A stretch of DNA of 64,000 nucleotides, from the NCBI GenBank assembly GCA_015486055.1, contig WFSJ01000034.1, forward strand, positions 18,212 through 82,211. Direction: 5' to 3'. This document shows, one piece after another, positions 19,585 through 29,148 of this stretch. Position numbers and translations under genes: made by a program. The DNA comes from Acidobacteriota bacterium. GTDB taxonomy: Bacteria; Acidobacteriota; Aminicenantia; S016-38. Under the pieces are notes generated by a model. The model did not search any database, was not told the DNA's origin, and saw nothing but the letters and a program-made list of their open reading frames with translations. The first letter of the stretch is position 1, and each line of letters starts with the position of its first letter.

Positions 19585-20019
19585 TTAGAAGGGTGGTTCT
19601 TCCTCAATCCCGGAAGGAGAAGATTCTCCTCCTGAATATTCCATATCTGACGCAGGTCCTTCTATATCTGCTTTTCTATCGAGCAGAATTATCTTGCTTG
19701 CTTCTATCTCAGTTTTGCTTCTCTTCTGGCCCTCGGTTTCCCACTTTCTTGTTCTCAGTTTCCCTTCCACAAGAACCTGTCTTCCCTTCTTCAAATAGTC
19801 CTTTACAAAATTTGCAAGTTTTCCCCATACATATACAGAATGCCACTCGGTAAGTTCCTTTCTATCCCCATCCTTTCCTATGTAAATTTCTGATGTGGCA
19901 ATGGAGAACCTTGCGACAGCTCTTTCTCCTTCCCTGGAAGGGACATACCTTATTTCAGGGTCCCTGCCCAACCTTCCTACAAGTATCACTTTGTTTAACG
20001 ACGCTCTTTCCCTTGACAA
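19585..20019 (-). CDS. ssb: single-stranded DNA-binding protein
   Basis: It has an OB-fold (KVILVGRLGRDPEIRY...) and an acidic C-terminal tail ending EEEPPF. Confidence 0.9.
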   Translation of the reverse strand: MSRERASLNKVILVGRLGRDPEIRYVPSREGERAVARFSIATSEIYIGKDGDRKELTEWHSVYVWGKLANFVKDYLKKGRQVLVEGKLRTRKWETEGQKRSKTEIEASKIILLDRKADIEGPASDMEYSGGESSPSGIEEEPPF

Positions 20020-20029
20020 ATTAACCTCC

Positions 20030-20707
20030 TTATCTAATAGAAGAAGCTTCCTTTGAATTTGGATATTTTTTCTTTAACTGGTTCAGGACCTCCTTGGCTT
20101 CCTTTCCCCTCCCCATTTTATTGTAGCATTTTGAAAGTTTAAGAAGTGCTGCTGGCGCTTTATCACTATCAGGATACAGACTCAGCATTTTCTCAAAGCA
20201 GGAGGAGGCGGGTAAGAAATTATTCATTCTGAAATAACTTTCCCCGCACCAGAAAAGTGAATTGTCGGCAAGTGAACTATTAGGATATTCATCCGAATAT
20301 TTTTTGAAATAAGTTATTGCTTCTTCATAATTCTCATGGATATAGCAGTCAAAGCCCTTCTTGTAAATTTCAGGGGCGGAAGAACCCGAAGCAACATTCC
20401 CTTTCTCCATACCGAGCTTCAGCGAAAGCTCGTCAATCTTACTTTCCAAAGAAGAGAGTCTACTTTCTAAACTCCCAAACTTCTTCATCATCTCAGAGTT
20501 TACCTGTTCATTTGTCTGTAAAGCCTCTTCCAAGGTTTTTATCCTTTCTTTGAGCTGATTTACCTCGGCTTTAAGAAGGTTAAATTCCTCAGAGAGGGTT
20601 TCCACTGAAATTTCGTTAGTTTCTTTCTTCTTTTCCTTCCGCCTCCTTAAAGCCCACACTGGCGATATAAGCAACAGGACTATAAGGATGGATAAAGCTT
20701 TCCTCAT
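20030..20707 (-). CDS. cpoB: Tol-Pal system protein CpoB/YbgF (coiled-coil + TPR)
   Basis: It has a signal peptide, an N-terminal coiled coil (LKAEVNQLKERIKTLEE) and C-terminal TPR repeats. It lies directly downstream of pal. Confidence 0.75.
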   Translation of the reverse strand: MRKALSILIVLLLISPVWALRRRKEKKKETNEISVETLSEEFNLLKAEVNQLKERIKTLEEALQTNEQVNSEMMKKFGSLESRLSSLESKIDELSLKLGMEKGNVASGSSAPEIYKKGFDCYIHENYEEAITYFKKYSDEYPNSSLADNSLFWCGESYFRMNNFLPASSCFEKMLSLYPDSDKAPAALLKLSKCYNKMGRGKEAKEVLNQLKKKYPNSKEASSIR

Positions 20708-21246
20708 TTTGCTATGATTACAAATTCAGCTCTTCTGTTCTTTGCCCAAGCCTCTTCATTGTGACCAGGATCTATGGGACGGCTCTTCCCATAGCTTACT
20801 ATTTTTATCCTATCGTAGGAAATTCCTAAGCTTACTAAATAGTTTCTCGTAGCCTTTGCCCTTTTCTCTCCAAGGGCAATATTGTATTCCTCCGTCCCTC
20901 TCTCGTCACAATGACCTTCAATCAAGACCTTAACGGTTGGATGTGAGCTCAACCATAAATAATCCCTCTGGAGAATGGGTTTCTGATCATCCCTTATGTT
21001 GTACTTGTCAAAGTCAAAATGAATCCTGCGAAGATAGCCTTTCCTGTTTATCTCCTCAAGACTCATGGCCTCAATGTTCTCTTCCTCTACAGCAGGTTTA
21101 ACTATGGGCTTTTCCTCCACAACCTCTGCTTTTTTCTCCGCCTTCTTACTAATCGGCGGCACCACCTTCACTTCTTGCTTTTTCTTACACCCACCTAAGG
21201 CGATAAGAAAAGCAACTGTTAAAATCCCAAGGGCTAATTTCTTCAT
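20704..21246 (-). CDS. pal: peptidoglycan-associated lipoprotein
   Basis: It has a lipobox (LGGC) and an OmpA-like domain (DFDKYNIRDDQ...NRRAEFVI). Confidence 0.9.
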   Translation of the reverse strand: MKKLALGILTVAFLIALGGCKKKQEVKVVPPISKKAEKKAEVVEEKPIVKPAVEEENIEAMSLEEINRKGYLRRIHFDFDKYNIRDDQKPILQRDYLWLSSHPTVKVLIEGHCDERGTEEYNIALGEKRAKATRNYLVSLGISYDRIKIVSYGKSRPIDPGHNEEAWAKNRRAEFVIIAK

Positions 21247-21250
21247 TTAT

Positions 21251-22546
21251 TTACCTCCTATATTTTATTTTAGACCAAGCTGGCATAAGGTTATTCCCCA
21301 TTTGAGTGAGCTGACGAAGGTTCTTCCCGTCGTAATCCATTACATATATCTGATACTTTCCACTTCGGTTGGAGGAAAAAACTATATGCCTACCATCAGG
21401 AGAAAAGCAGGGATTCTCATTCATGGCAAATCCTGAACTCAATTTTATAACTTCTGAAGTTGATAGATAAAACAAGTATATATTAAACTTTCCTTCTATC
21501 CTGCTGACATAGATTATTCTATCACCATCTGGTGCCCAACAGGGGGAAGCATTGTAACTACCCTGAAAAGTTATTCTCCTTACATTGCTTCCATCCTTAT
21601 CCATTATGTAAATCTGAGGATAGCCACTTCTGTCTGAGGTAAATAGTATTTTCCTCCCATCAGGGGACCATTTCGGGGAAAGGTCAGCCGCATGGGAGAA
21701 GGTTATCCTCCTTTTCCGTTCTGTCCTGAAGTTGTAAATATAAATCTCGGGATTTCCAGGAAGAGAAGAGGAGTAAAGAAGGAGATTATCATCGGAGGAA
21801 AAATCAGGGGTTATATTTGAACCCCCGGTTGCGATAAGCTTGTCCTTCCCTTCATATATATATCTTACATAGAGCTCCGGAGTTCCTCTTCTATAAGAAG
21901 TATAAGCTATTTTCTCTCCATCGTGGCTCCATGCAGGGAGCATTTCCATTCCCTTGGTATATGTGAGCCTTATCTGGTTAGCACCGTCATAATCCATAAT
22001 ATAGAGTTCCCTGTTTCCGTCCCTATCAGATATGAAAGCTATTTTTGAGGTAAATATGGGGGATTGACCGAAAAACTTAAGGAGTTCGTCTCCCATCCTG
22101 TGAGCCATGAGTCTTGAAAATTTCTCATCCCCATAATAACTTTTCCCGAGAATAAAATTTCCTGTTCTGGTGTCATAGAGCTTTCCTGAAAATCTCAATT
22201 TCCCGTCTTTTTCTTCAACCTTCCCAACAAAAACAACAGTTGCCCCCACAGACTCCCATGCTTTAAGGTCAGGTTTTTCGGGATTCCTGTTTTTCACGAG
22301 GGAAAGAAGAGAAGGGGAAAGAGGGTCAAAGACTCTTGAAAAACTCAGGTCAGATTTAAATGTATCTTCAAGCTCGAGAGCAGACATCTCTCCCCTTTCT
22401 GTTTTTACCTTCCTCACGAAATCAGGAACCGCAATCCTTATTGCAGGAACTCCTCCCTTTATCTTTATCGTAATCTCCTGCTGGGCAAATAGCCCAAAAA
22501 TCAGAAAAAATAATGCAAATTTCCTCATCTGAAAAATTTTACTCAA
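21251..22546 (-). CDS. tolB: Tol-Pal system beta-propeller protein TolB
   Basis: It has a signal peptide, a TolB N-terminal domain and repeated WD-like propeller blades (SPDG..IAFTS.R.G...IY). Confidence 0.85.
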   Translation of the reverse strand: MSKIFQMRKFALFFLIFGLFAQQEITIKIKGGVPAIRIAVPDFVRKVKTERGEMSALELEDTFKSDLSFSRVFDPLSPSLLSLVKNRNPEKPDLKAWESVGATVVFVGKVEEKDGKLRFSGKLYDTRTGNFILGKSYYGDEKFSRLMAHRMGDELLKFFGQSPIFTSKIAFISDRDGNRELYIMDYDGANQIRLTYTKGMEMLPAWSHDGEKIAYTSYRRGTPELYVRYIYEGKDKLIATGGSNITPDFSSDDNLLLYSSSLPGNPEIYIYNFRTERKRRITFSHAADLSPKWSPDGRKILFTSDRSGYPQIYIMDKDGSNVRRITFQGSYNASPCWAPDGDRIIYVSRIEGKFNIYLFYLSTSEVIKLSSGFAMNENPCFSPDGRHIVFSSNRSGKYQIYVMDYDGKNLRQLTQMGNNLMPAWSKIKYRR

Positions 22547-23222
22547 ATATCACCCTTATAGCCAAATATTCTCCATCATAATTCTTAGGGAGCATGGGGA
22601 AAGGTTCTGCGTCTTTTATGGACTTAAGGGCGTAGGTATCTAATCTTGAGACCCCGCAGGATTTCTCAAGTTCAATTTCTATTATATGGCCGTCTCTCGC
22701 CACTTTAAAATAAACCCATATCTCTCTGCCAAGTCTCTTCCCTCCTACAAGATGGTTCCAGTTAAGCCCAATTTTCTCCTTTACTGTTATAAGGTAAAAA
22801 GGATAGGGAAAATTGCCGATCTGAAGGGATTCGCCCGGACCAAACCCTGCACTTTCTCCTGAAAATGATATTGTAGGACCCTGACTGCCTGAGCTTTCTT
22901 CAGATTTAGACTTCGCACCTGCTCTTTTCTTTACTATAACGCTTCTTTCCTTTTTTCTATAAATCCTTTTTCTCGGCTGTTTTTCCCTTGTTGGATATGT
23001 AAGTTTTGCCTCTTGCTCAACCTTTGAAAATTCACCGAGTTCCCTAACATGCCCTGTTTTTCCGCTACCCCCTCCCGAAGGAAGTTGAACAAGGGATACA
23101 AAATACTTAAACCCTTCTTCCTCCTTTTTGTTCCACGTTTTTATGCTAAATATCGTTATGAGGGTCACGTGGAGAAGAATGGAAAAGATTATTCCCTTTT
23201 CCAAAATTCCCTTCTGTTCCAT
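22539..23222 (-). CDS. tolA: TolA/TonB-family energy-transducing protein
   Basis: It has an N-terminal TM anchor, a K/E/G-rich linker and a TonB-type C-terminal domain. Its position between tolR and tolB fits tolA. Confidence 0.6.
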   Translation of the reverse strand: MEQKGILEKGIIFSILLHVTLITIFSIKTWNKKEEEGFKYFVSLVQLPSGGGSGKTGHVRELGEFSKVEQEAKLTYPTREKQPRKRIYRKKERSVIVKKRAGAKSKSEESSGSQGPTISFSGESAGFGPGESLQIGNFPYPFYLITVKEKIGLNWNHLVGGKRLGREIWVYFKVARDGHIIEIELEKSCGVSRLDTYALKSIKDAEPFPMLPKNYDGEYLAIRVIFE

Positions 23223-23626
23223 TATTCCTTTGGCTCCACAACCATCCCAACAGTCTCAATCCCGCTCTTTTTTATTATGTCAAGGACCTCTATCACCTTC
23301 CCATAAGGAACGGATTTATCGGCTTTGAGGAAGACTACTTTCTTAGTGGAACCGTAGAAATAAGCTTTTAGCTGCTGGCCAAGCAGGGCTTTGTGAATAA
23401 TCTTTTTGCCAAAAAATATGTATCCTTTACTATTTATTGTTATTATAAGCCTAGCCTGGGCTGGATTCCTCGCTGTTTCTGCCTTTGGAAGGTCAACCTG
23501 AATTCCTGATTGAAGCATAGGAGCTGTAATCATAAATATTATAAGAAGAACTAACATAACATCAACTAAGGGGGTTACATTTATTTCAGCCATAGCCTTG
23601 GGGAAGCTATATCTTCTTTTCCTCAT
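23222..23626 (-). CDS. tolR: TolR/ExbD biopolymer transport protein
   Basis: EINVTPLVDVMLVLLIIFM is the ExbD/TolR signature. Confidence 0.85.
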   Translation of the reverse strand: MRKRRYSFPKAMAEINVTPLVDVMLVLLIIFMITAPMLQSGIQVDLPKAETARNPAQARLIITINSKGYIFFGKKIIHKALLGQQLKAYFYGSTKKVVFLKADKSVPYGKVIEVLDIIKKSGIETVGMVVEPKE

Positions 23627-24257
23627 TGGATGAGAACCTCTCAGCTAAGTTAAGGAACTCCTGGGAGAAGTTTTCAGCTTCATCAGAAAGGACCCTTATC
23701 TTTGCTGAAAAATAGTTATATGCTATTACCGCAGGAACCGCAGCAAAAAGGCCTCCAGCAGTTGTTATCAAAGCCTCCGCAATCCCTGGAGCAACCGTAA
23801 CAAGGGAGGCCGATTTTCTAATCCCGATCTGATGAAAAGCATTCATTATGCCCCAGACAGTCCCGAAAAGGCCTATAAATGGGGCTGAGCTTGCTGTTAT
23901 AGCAAGGAATGATACATAGGACTCAAGCCTCCTTACTTCCTGTGAAAGTTCCTGCATAAGAGCTCTCTCAAGGGAATCCATCGTACCAATCCTCTTGTTC
24001 TTTATACCTCGATATACTTCCCTGAAAACTCTTGAGAATGAGGAACTCGGATATCTTCTGGATATAGCATCGAGCTCTTTTATGCTCTTAGCCCTATAAA
24101 GAACTCTTTTTACAAGATTGTTCTCCCTTCTTACAGCTTTGAGATATATATATTTTGCAATTATTATTGCCCAGGAATAAAAAGAAAAAAATAATAATAT
24201 CAGCAGCACAAGCTTTGCTACCAGGCTCGTCTGTTGATAAAGGGAAACAATACTCAT
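23607..24257 (-). CDS. tolQ: TolQ/ExbB (MotA/TolQ/ExbB proton channel)
   Basis: It has three TM helices and the MotA_ExbB core (FIGLFGTVWGIMNAF). Confidence 0.85.
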   Translation of the reverse strand: MSIVSLYQQTSLVAKLVLLILLFFSFYSWAIIIAKYIYLKAVRRENNLVKRVLYRAKSIKELDAISRRYPSSSFSRVFREVYRGIKNKRIGTMDSLERALMQELSQEVRRLESYVSFLAITASSAPFIGLFGTVWGIMNAFHQIGIRKSASLVTVAPGIAEALITTAGGLFAAVPAVIAYNYFSAKIRVLSDEAENFSQEFLNLAERFSSNEEKKI

Positions 24258-24352
24258 TTTAACGATTTTATAACTTTTTACTCAGCCTGTAAACCGTTAT
24301 AATTATAACAGTGAAAAAAATTTTTATATATATTGAGGTTACGGAATAAGGA

Positions 24353-25195
24353 GTGGAAATGAAAGAATTTCTTATAAGGACTTCAAAAAAACTAAAGGAG
24401 AAGGGATTTCTGAGGCTTTCAATCTGGTTTCTCAAAAAAGCTCAGAAGCTAAACGGGAAAGAGGTTGAGAGACTCCTTCAGGAACATAAGAATGACTATG
24501 CTAAATGTCTAAAGAAAAAAGCCAGGGATTATGAGAAAAAAGGAGATCCTACAGAAGCTCTTATTCTCCTTGAAAGGGTCAAAGAACTCGGAGGGGAAGT
24601 TGATGAAGAATGGGAAGAAGGATTGAGGTTAAAATCGAGGAAGCAGAAAAGCTTTGAAACAAAGTTGCTTTTAAACCCTGCATCCATAGGATTCAATTTT
24701 GCAAGGAGCTACAGAAAACAGCTTTTTTCCATATCAGGAACCCCAAGCTTTTCCGATGAGGATGACAGCTCAAGGAAGGTAATCCCTCCAGAACTTCTAA
24801 AAGTCTGGAAAAAAGCTGTTAAGAGTTCCCAAGATTATGAGAAACAGTATAGGCTTGCAGTTAATATGGCAATTTACGGCTACATCTGGGAGGCCAAAAT
24901 TCAAGGGGAAAAGACTGAGGAAATAAAAAAGACAACAGAGATAGAGCTTCTTCTCGGGATTTTAAACATGGACCTCGGCGAAAAGGAAAAAGCAGCAGAA
25001 AAGCTAATGTACGCCCTGGAGTTAGACCCAAAAAATCAAGAAGCATATTGTCATCTTGGAAAAATATTCTCAGAAATTGATGAGGAAACTGCAATACAAT
25101 ATCTCAGGAAGTGTATAGAGATAGACCCCACTACTGAGACTGCGGAAAACGCAATCGAGATTTTGGAGGAGATAAAAGATGAAATTGAAGTTTGA
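24353..25195 (+). CDS. TPR-repeat protein
   Basis: 280 aa, K/E-rich, with C-terminal TPR-like repeats (ALELDPKNQEAYCHLGKIF...). Its stop overlaps the start of the next gene by 17 nt. Confidence 0.5.
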   Translation: MEMKEFLIRTSKKLKEKGFLRLSIWFLKKAQKLNGKEVERLLQEHKNDYAKCLKKKARDYEKKGDPTEALILLERVKELGGEVDEEWEEGLRLKSRKQKSFETKLLLNPASIGFNFARSYRKQLFSISGTPSFSDEDDSSRKVIPPELLKVWKKAVKSSQDYEKQYRLAVNMAIYGYIWEAKIQGEKTEEIKKTTEIELLLGILNMDLGEKEKAAEKLMYALELDPKNQEAYCHLGKIFSEIDEETAIQYLRKCIEIDPTTETAENAIEILEEIKDEIEV

Positions 25196-26516
25196 GCCTT
25201 ACAGAATAAGGATTGTTGAAAAGATTAAATCCACAACAGAAGTGGAAAGGGAAAATTACCTCAGGGTTGTCGGATATAATCTGTTGAATATACCTTTTCC
25301 TACTATAATCGTTGACCTTTTCTCAGACCTTGGAATCTCTGCCCTTGACATAAGCCAATTTACCCATTTCTTCCCAGAGGAGCTTACCTTCACCCACATG
25401 GAAACCTACCAGAATCTGAGAAAAACTGTGGATTCCCTTTTCGGTTTTGACAATGTCATCCCAACTCCTGTTGGAAGAATTGCATCAATGGTTCTTGCCC
25501 TCTCCTTCATCAGTTTAAATTCTGATAGAAAGCTCGTTGTTTCAAACAGAATTTCTCCGGTTCACAGGAAAAATCTCGAAAGGGCAGGGATGGAAATCAT
25601 GGAGATTCCCGGATATTTTCCTTTCGAAGATTATGAATTTAAAGGGGACATTGACACTGAAAAGCTAAAAAAAATCCTCAAGGAAAGAGAAAAAGAAATA
25701 GCCTTCGTCAGCATTACATTGACCGATGAACCATGGGGATTTCCTGTATCCATTGAAAATATAAAAGCAACAAGGGAAATAACCGAGAGCATGGGGGTTC
25801 TGCTGGTAGCTGATTGTTCAAGGTTTGCTGAAAATCTGTATTTCAATCTTGAGGAAGGAACCCTTTATGAAAAGAGCTTTCAATACGGCGTAAGGAGATT
25901 GTTTGAGAATTTTGATCTCATCACCCTCAGCGGAAGAAAATCAGCTTTCGCCTTCTCAGGGGGACTTCTAGCATTTAGTGAAGGGAGAATCCCAAAAGAT
26001 CTAAGGAGAAACTTCAGAAGGTTAACTGAGGAAATGAGCGGGTATCCCACAGGGGGCGGCCTCAGCGGAAAAGAATTGGCTATGATGGAATCAGGACTGA
26101 GAGAAATCCTCCACGAAGAAAGCATTGCCCACAGAATAGAACAGGTAGGATACCTAAGAAGAAGGTTGAAGGATATGGGATATCCAATTATCCCGTCAAG
26201 AAGTTCCTATTCTGTATTCATAAGGGCCGGGGAATTCATCCCAGAAAAGAAGGGAAAATTCCCCGCTTTGGGAATAAATGTTTTCCTCTACAGGAAATTT
26301 GCGATTAGAGGAAGGGAAATAATTATAAAAACTAATGGAAAAAGTGAAGAATTCCTTACATTATCCGTCCCAAAAAGGATTTATACCAATTCTCACATTG
26401 AATATGTGGCAGAAGCTTTTTCAGAAATGATAGAGAGCAAAACAAAAATAAGGGGATTTTCAAAGCTGAGGGGTAATTACCCTTCAGATGTTAATGCTGA
26501 GTTCCAGCCTCTTTAA
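25179..26516 (+). CDS. beta-eliminating lyase family protein (tryptophanase / tyrosine phenol-lyase-like), divergent
   Basis: The N-terminus (FEPYRIRIVEKIKSTT) is collinear with TnaA/TPL PEPFRIRVIEPVKRTT. VADCSRFAENLYF matches VMDSARFAENAYF. The PLP-Lys region reads SGRKS where TnaA has SAKKD. Confidence 0.7.
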   Translation: MKLKFEPYRIRIVEKIKSTTEVERENYLRVVGYNLLNIPFPTIIVDLFSDLGISALDISQFTHFFPEELTFTHMETYQNLRKTVDSLFGFDNVIPTPVGRIASMVLALSFISLNSDRKLVVSNRISPVHRKNLERAGMEIMEIPGYFPFEDYEFKGDIDTEKLKKILKEREKEIAFVSITLTDEPWGFPVSIENIKATREITESMGVLLVADCSRFAENLYFNLEEGTLYEKSFQYGVRRLFENFDLITLSGRKSAFAFSGGLLAFSEGRIPKDLRRNFRRLTEEMSGYPTGGGLSGKELAMMESGLREILHEESIAHRIEQVGYLRRRLKDMGYPIIPSRSSYSVFIRAGEFIPEKKGKFPALGINVFLYRKFAIRGREIIIKTNGKSEEFLTLSVPKRIYTNSHIEYVAEAFSEMIESKTKIRGFSKLRGNYPSDVNAEFQPL

Positions 26517-27363
26517 GCACAGTTTTAATCATAGCTTTGAGGTTTATCATGTACGCTTTCTTTGGCTGTCTTAGTCTTAATCTTTCATACTCCCTTTTAT
26601 ATATGATTTCTGCCACTCTATCCTCGTTTCCCTCGCGGGAATAGAGACGCTCTATTTCTTTCCCGAACTCAAGACTCCTTTTAAAAGCTTCCCCAAGAAA
26701 TTCAGGAGTTTCCCCTGGCTCAAAAATCCCCCCATGCCCAAGTGCAAGGGAAAAATTTGACCATTTTTTTATCTTTTCAAGAGAGGAAATATAGGCAGGA
26801 TAATCAGAGAGAAACTGTGGCCTTACAATTCCATTATCGATCACTCCAGCTGCATCTCCTACAAAGATTATCCTCTTTTCAGAAAAAATGAAAGAAACAG
26901 AACACTTAGTATGTCCTGGCGTTTCTATAACCTGAAATTCTTCCACCTTATCTCCTTCGCCAACTATGATGTCAATATTGAAGGTTTTGAACTCATAAGG
27001 GGAAGCCCCATAGGCTCTTTCAGCTTCATTTTCAAGGCTTCTTATAAACTCTATCGCCTTCGGCTTCGCAAGAATTTCTGCTGTTCTTTTAGAGGCAACT
27101 ATCTTCATCGCTGGAAATTTTTCTCTCAAAACAGGAGCGGACCCAACATGGTCATAATGAGAATGGGTGAGAAGAAGGTAATCAGGGACAAAATTTTCCC
27201 TTTCAAGGTCCTCCATAATTTTGTCCGCCAGAAATGTAAAGGCAGAATCCACAAGATAATTTTTCTTTCCCCTTACACCGTAAACTGGCATTTCTTCATT
27301 AACAAAGATGAAAATTCCATCTTTAAAATATCCCCTTTCACTGAACATGATAAGAATATACAA
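26491..27363 (-). CDS. MBL-fold metallo-hydrolase
   Basis: It has the HSHYDHVG motif and downstream His/Asp ligands (TPGHT, HGG). Confidence 0.7.
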   Translation of the reverse strand: MYILIMFSERGYFKDGIFIFVNEEMPVYGVRGKKNYLVDSAFTFLADKIMEDLERENFVPDYLLLTHSHYDHVGSAPVLREKFPAMKIVASKRTAEILAKPKAIEFIRSLENEAERAYGASPYEFKTFNIDIIVGEGDKVEEFQVIETPGHTKCSVSFIFSEKRIIFVGDAAGVIDNGIVRPQFLSDYPAYISSLEKIKKWSNFSLALGHGGIFEPGETPEFLGEAFKRSLEFGKEIERLYSREGNEDRVAEIIYKREYERLRLRQPKKAYMINLKAMIKTVLKEAGTQH

Positions 27364-27409
27364 GATGAAAAACCTTTTTTCAAGGGCAAGAGAATGTTAT
27401 AATAAAAAC

Positions 27410-28012
27410 ATGAGATTTCTCGGGATAAATGGCTCCTACAGAAAATATGGATTGAATGCGAAGATGTTGAATTTTCTCAAGAAAGAATTCCTTACGCAGG
27501 ATTACAATTTTGAAATTGTCCACCTTGTGGATTTCAATATAAAACACTGCAGAGCCTGTCTTTCAGACGATTTAAAACTATGCAAGCCCGAAAAGTGTTT
27601 TGAAGAAGGGGATGACTTTGAACTCTTAGTTTCAAAGATGATAAAGAGTCAGGGTATAGTGTTTTCAACCCCAGCCTATTGGTATGCTCCTTCAGCAATA
27701 ATGTGGAATCTTATAGAAAGAATGACCTCTCTTGAAAACACAGAGACAAAATTCCTCGATGGGAAACCAGCTGGGGTAATTGCTGCAACCGGGGAAGATG
27801 GGGCTCAAAGTGCCATAAGTTCCCTCGTAGTTCCCCTAATCCACATGGGAATGTTTATAGTCCCTTTTGGGATGACTTATTACTCTGGAAAGGAAGATGA
27901 CCCTGAAACAGAAGCATACCTTAGGAGATTAGCTAAAAATCTTGTCTTCTCGGCTAAGAAAATTCCACCTTACTGCTGGTGGAAGAACAAGGAGGAAAAA
28001 TGTCTATCCTGA
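27410..28012 (+). CDS. NADPH-dependent FMN reductase / iron-sulfur flavoprotein (Isf)-like flavodoxin-fold protein
   Basis: The start was chosen at MRFLGINGSYRK, which is the FMN_red N-terminus. Cys-rich segments (C..C, CKPEKC) resemble Isf. The annotated track ORF begins earlier in frame. Confidence 0.65.
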   Translation: MRFLGINGSYRKYGLNAKMLNFLKKEFLTQDYNFEIVHLVDFNIKHCRACLSDDLKLCKPEKCFEEGDDFELLVSKMIKSQGIVFSTPAYWYAPSAIMWNLIERMTSLENTETKFLDGKPAGVIAATGEDGAQSAISSLVVPLIHMGMFIVPFGMTYYSGKEDDPETEAYLRRLAKNLVFSAKKIPPYCWWKNKEEKCLS

Positions 28013-29148
28013 ACTACACAGCAAGGGAGATGACTGTAAAAATTGTTTATTATGGTCCGGCTCTTTCAGGCAAGACCACAAATGTCAGGATTATCTCTGA
28101 CAGGTTGCCTGAGGAAAAGAAGGGTAAGATGGTAACTCTTCCCACAAAGGAAGACAGAACTTTGTTCTTCGACTTCCTTCCATTTTCCCTCGGCACCAGA
28201 AAAAATTACAAGGTAAGAATACAACTTTACACTGTTCCAGGACAGGTATTTTACGAGTCCACAAGAAGACTTGTCCTTCAAGGAGCAGATGGGGTAGTAT
28301 TCATTGCAGATTCTCAGAAGGAACTTTTAGAAAATAACATAGACAGCTTCGATAGCATGAAGAAAAATCTCCGTTTGAACGGATTAAATTACACGACTAT
28401 ACCCCTTGTCGTCCAGTATAACAAGAGAGACCTTCCCAATATTTTGCCGGTGAAAAAATTAAATTCAGAGGTAAACGATCTCAACAGGCCCTTCTTCCCT
28501 GCAATCGCTATAAGAGGAGAAGGTGTAATGGAAACTCTTTACACAATTACCGAGCTGACATTAGAATCTCTAAGAAAAAAATACAGACTACTTGCGGACA
28601 TGGAACCTGGGTCTCTGGTAAGCGAGCTAAAAAGATTCTTTGAGCTGCCAAAGGAGCCTTTTGAATTATTAAAGGAAACGGAAAAGGAATTACCCACAAA
28701 GCCCCCTGGAATGGGAGTTTCAGAGGATGACATAAGCATAAAGAAAATAAAAATAGAAGGAAAAACCCCACCCAATCAAGAAAAGATGTTTCAACATTTG
28801 GAAGAACCCTTGGAAATAGAAGAGGAAATGCCCGAAGAGGAACTCTTTGAAGAGCCCTCAGAAAAGCTTCCAGAGGAAGAATTACCATCCAAATTCAAAA
28901 AGGAAGCAGAAGAACAAACTGAAACTTACAAAAAAGATAGATTAATTGGTAAAGCTCAGGAAGGAAGACCTATGTCTAAAAAAGTGCCTGCCCAGAAAGA
29001 AGTTGGGGGCAAGAAGCTTGAAGAATTAACTGGGGAAGAGGGGACGGGGACAATGGAAATTCCGATCAAAATAAGCACAAAGGAAGGCGAGGAAACAGAG
29101 CTTATAATAAAGATAAGAATTGAAGTAAGGAGGAAAGGATCAGGCTAA
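28000..29148 (+). CDS. MglA-family Ras-like small GTPase with long acidic C-terminal extension
   Basis: The start was chosen at the ATG after an AGGAGG RBS. MSILNYTAREMTVKIVYYGPALSGKTT ... TLFFDFLP ... YTVPGQVFY ... VQYNKRDL aligns closely with M. xanthus MglA. An additional ~190-aa E/K/P-rich tail follows. Confidence 0.75.
   Translation: MSILNYTAREMTVKIVYYGPALSGKTTNVRIISDRLPEEKKGKMVTLPTKEDRTLFFDFLPFSLGTRKNYKVRIQLYTVPGQVFYESTRRLVLQGADGVVFIADSQKELLENNIDSFDSMKKNLRLNGLNYTTIPLVVQYNKRDLPNILPVKKLNSEVNDLNRPFFPAIAIRGEGVMETLYTITELTLESLRKKYRLLADMEPGSLVSELKRFFELPKEPFELLKETEKELPTKPPGMGVSEDDISIKKIKIEGKTPPNQEKMFQHLEEPLEIEEEMPEEELFEEPSEKLPEEELPSKFKKEAEEQTETYKKDRLIGKAQEGRPMSKKVPAQKEVGGKKLEELTGEEGTGTMEIPIKISTKEGEETELIIKIRIEVRRKGSG

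Noticed and set aside
19577-19594. Hairpin ACCCTT-TTTTAG-AAGGGT spanning the ssb stop codon, as a possible terminator.
   Set aside because: The stem is only 6 bp with a weak downstream U-tract on the transcribed minus strand, and 116 nt of non-coding sequence follows. It is not convincing enough to call.
27410-28012. Upstream partner of the MglA-like GTPase as an MglB (roadblock/LC7).
   Set aside because: The sequence is clearly a flavodoxin-fold FMN-reductase/Isf type (LGINGSYRK..., Cys clusters). It is not a roadblock fold.
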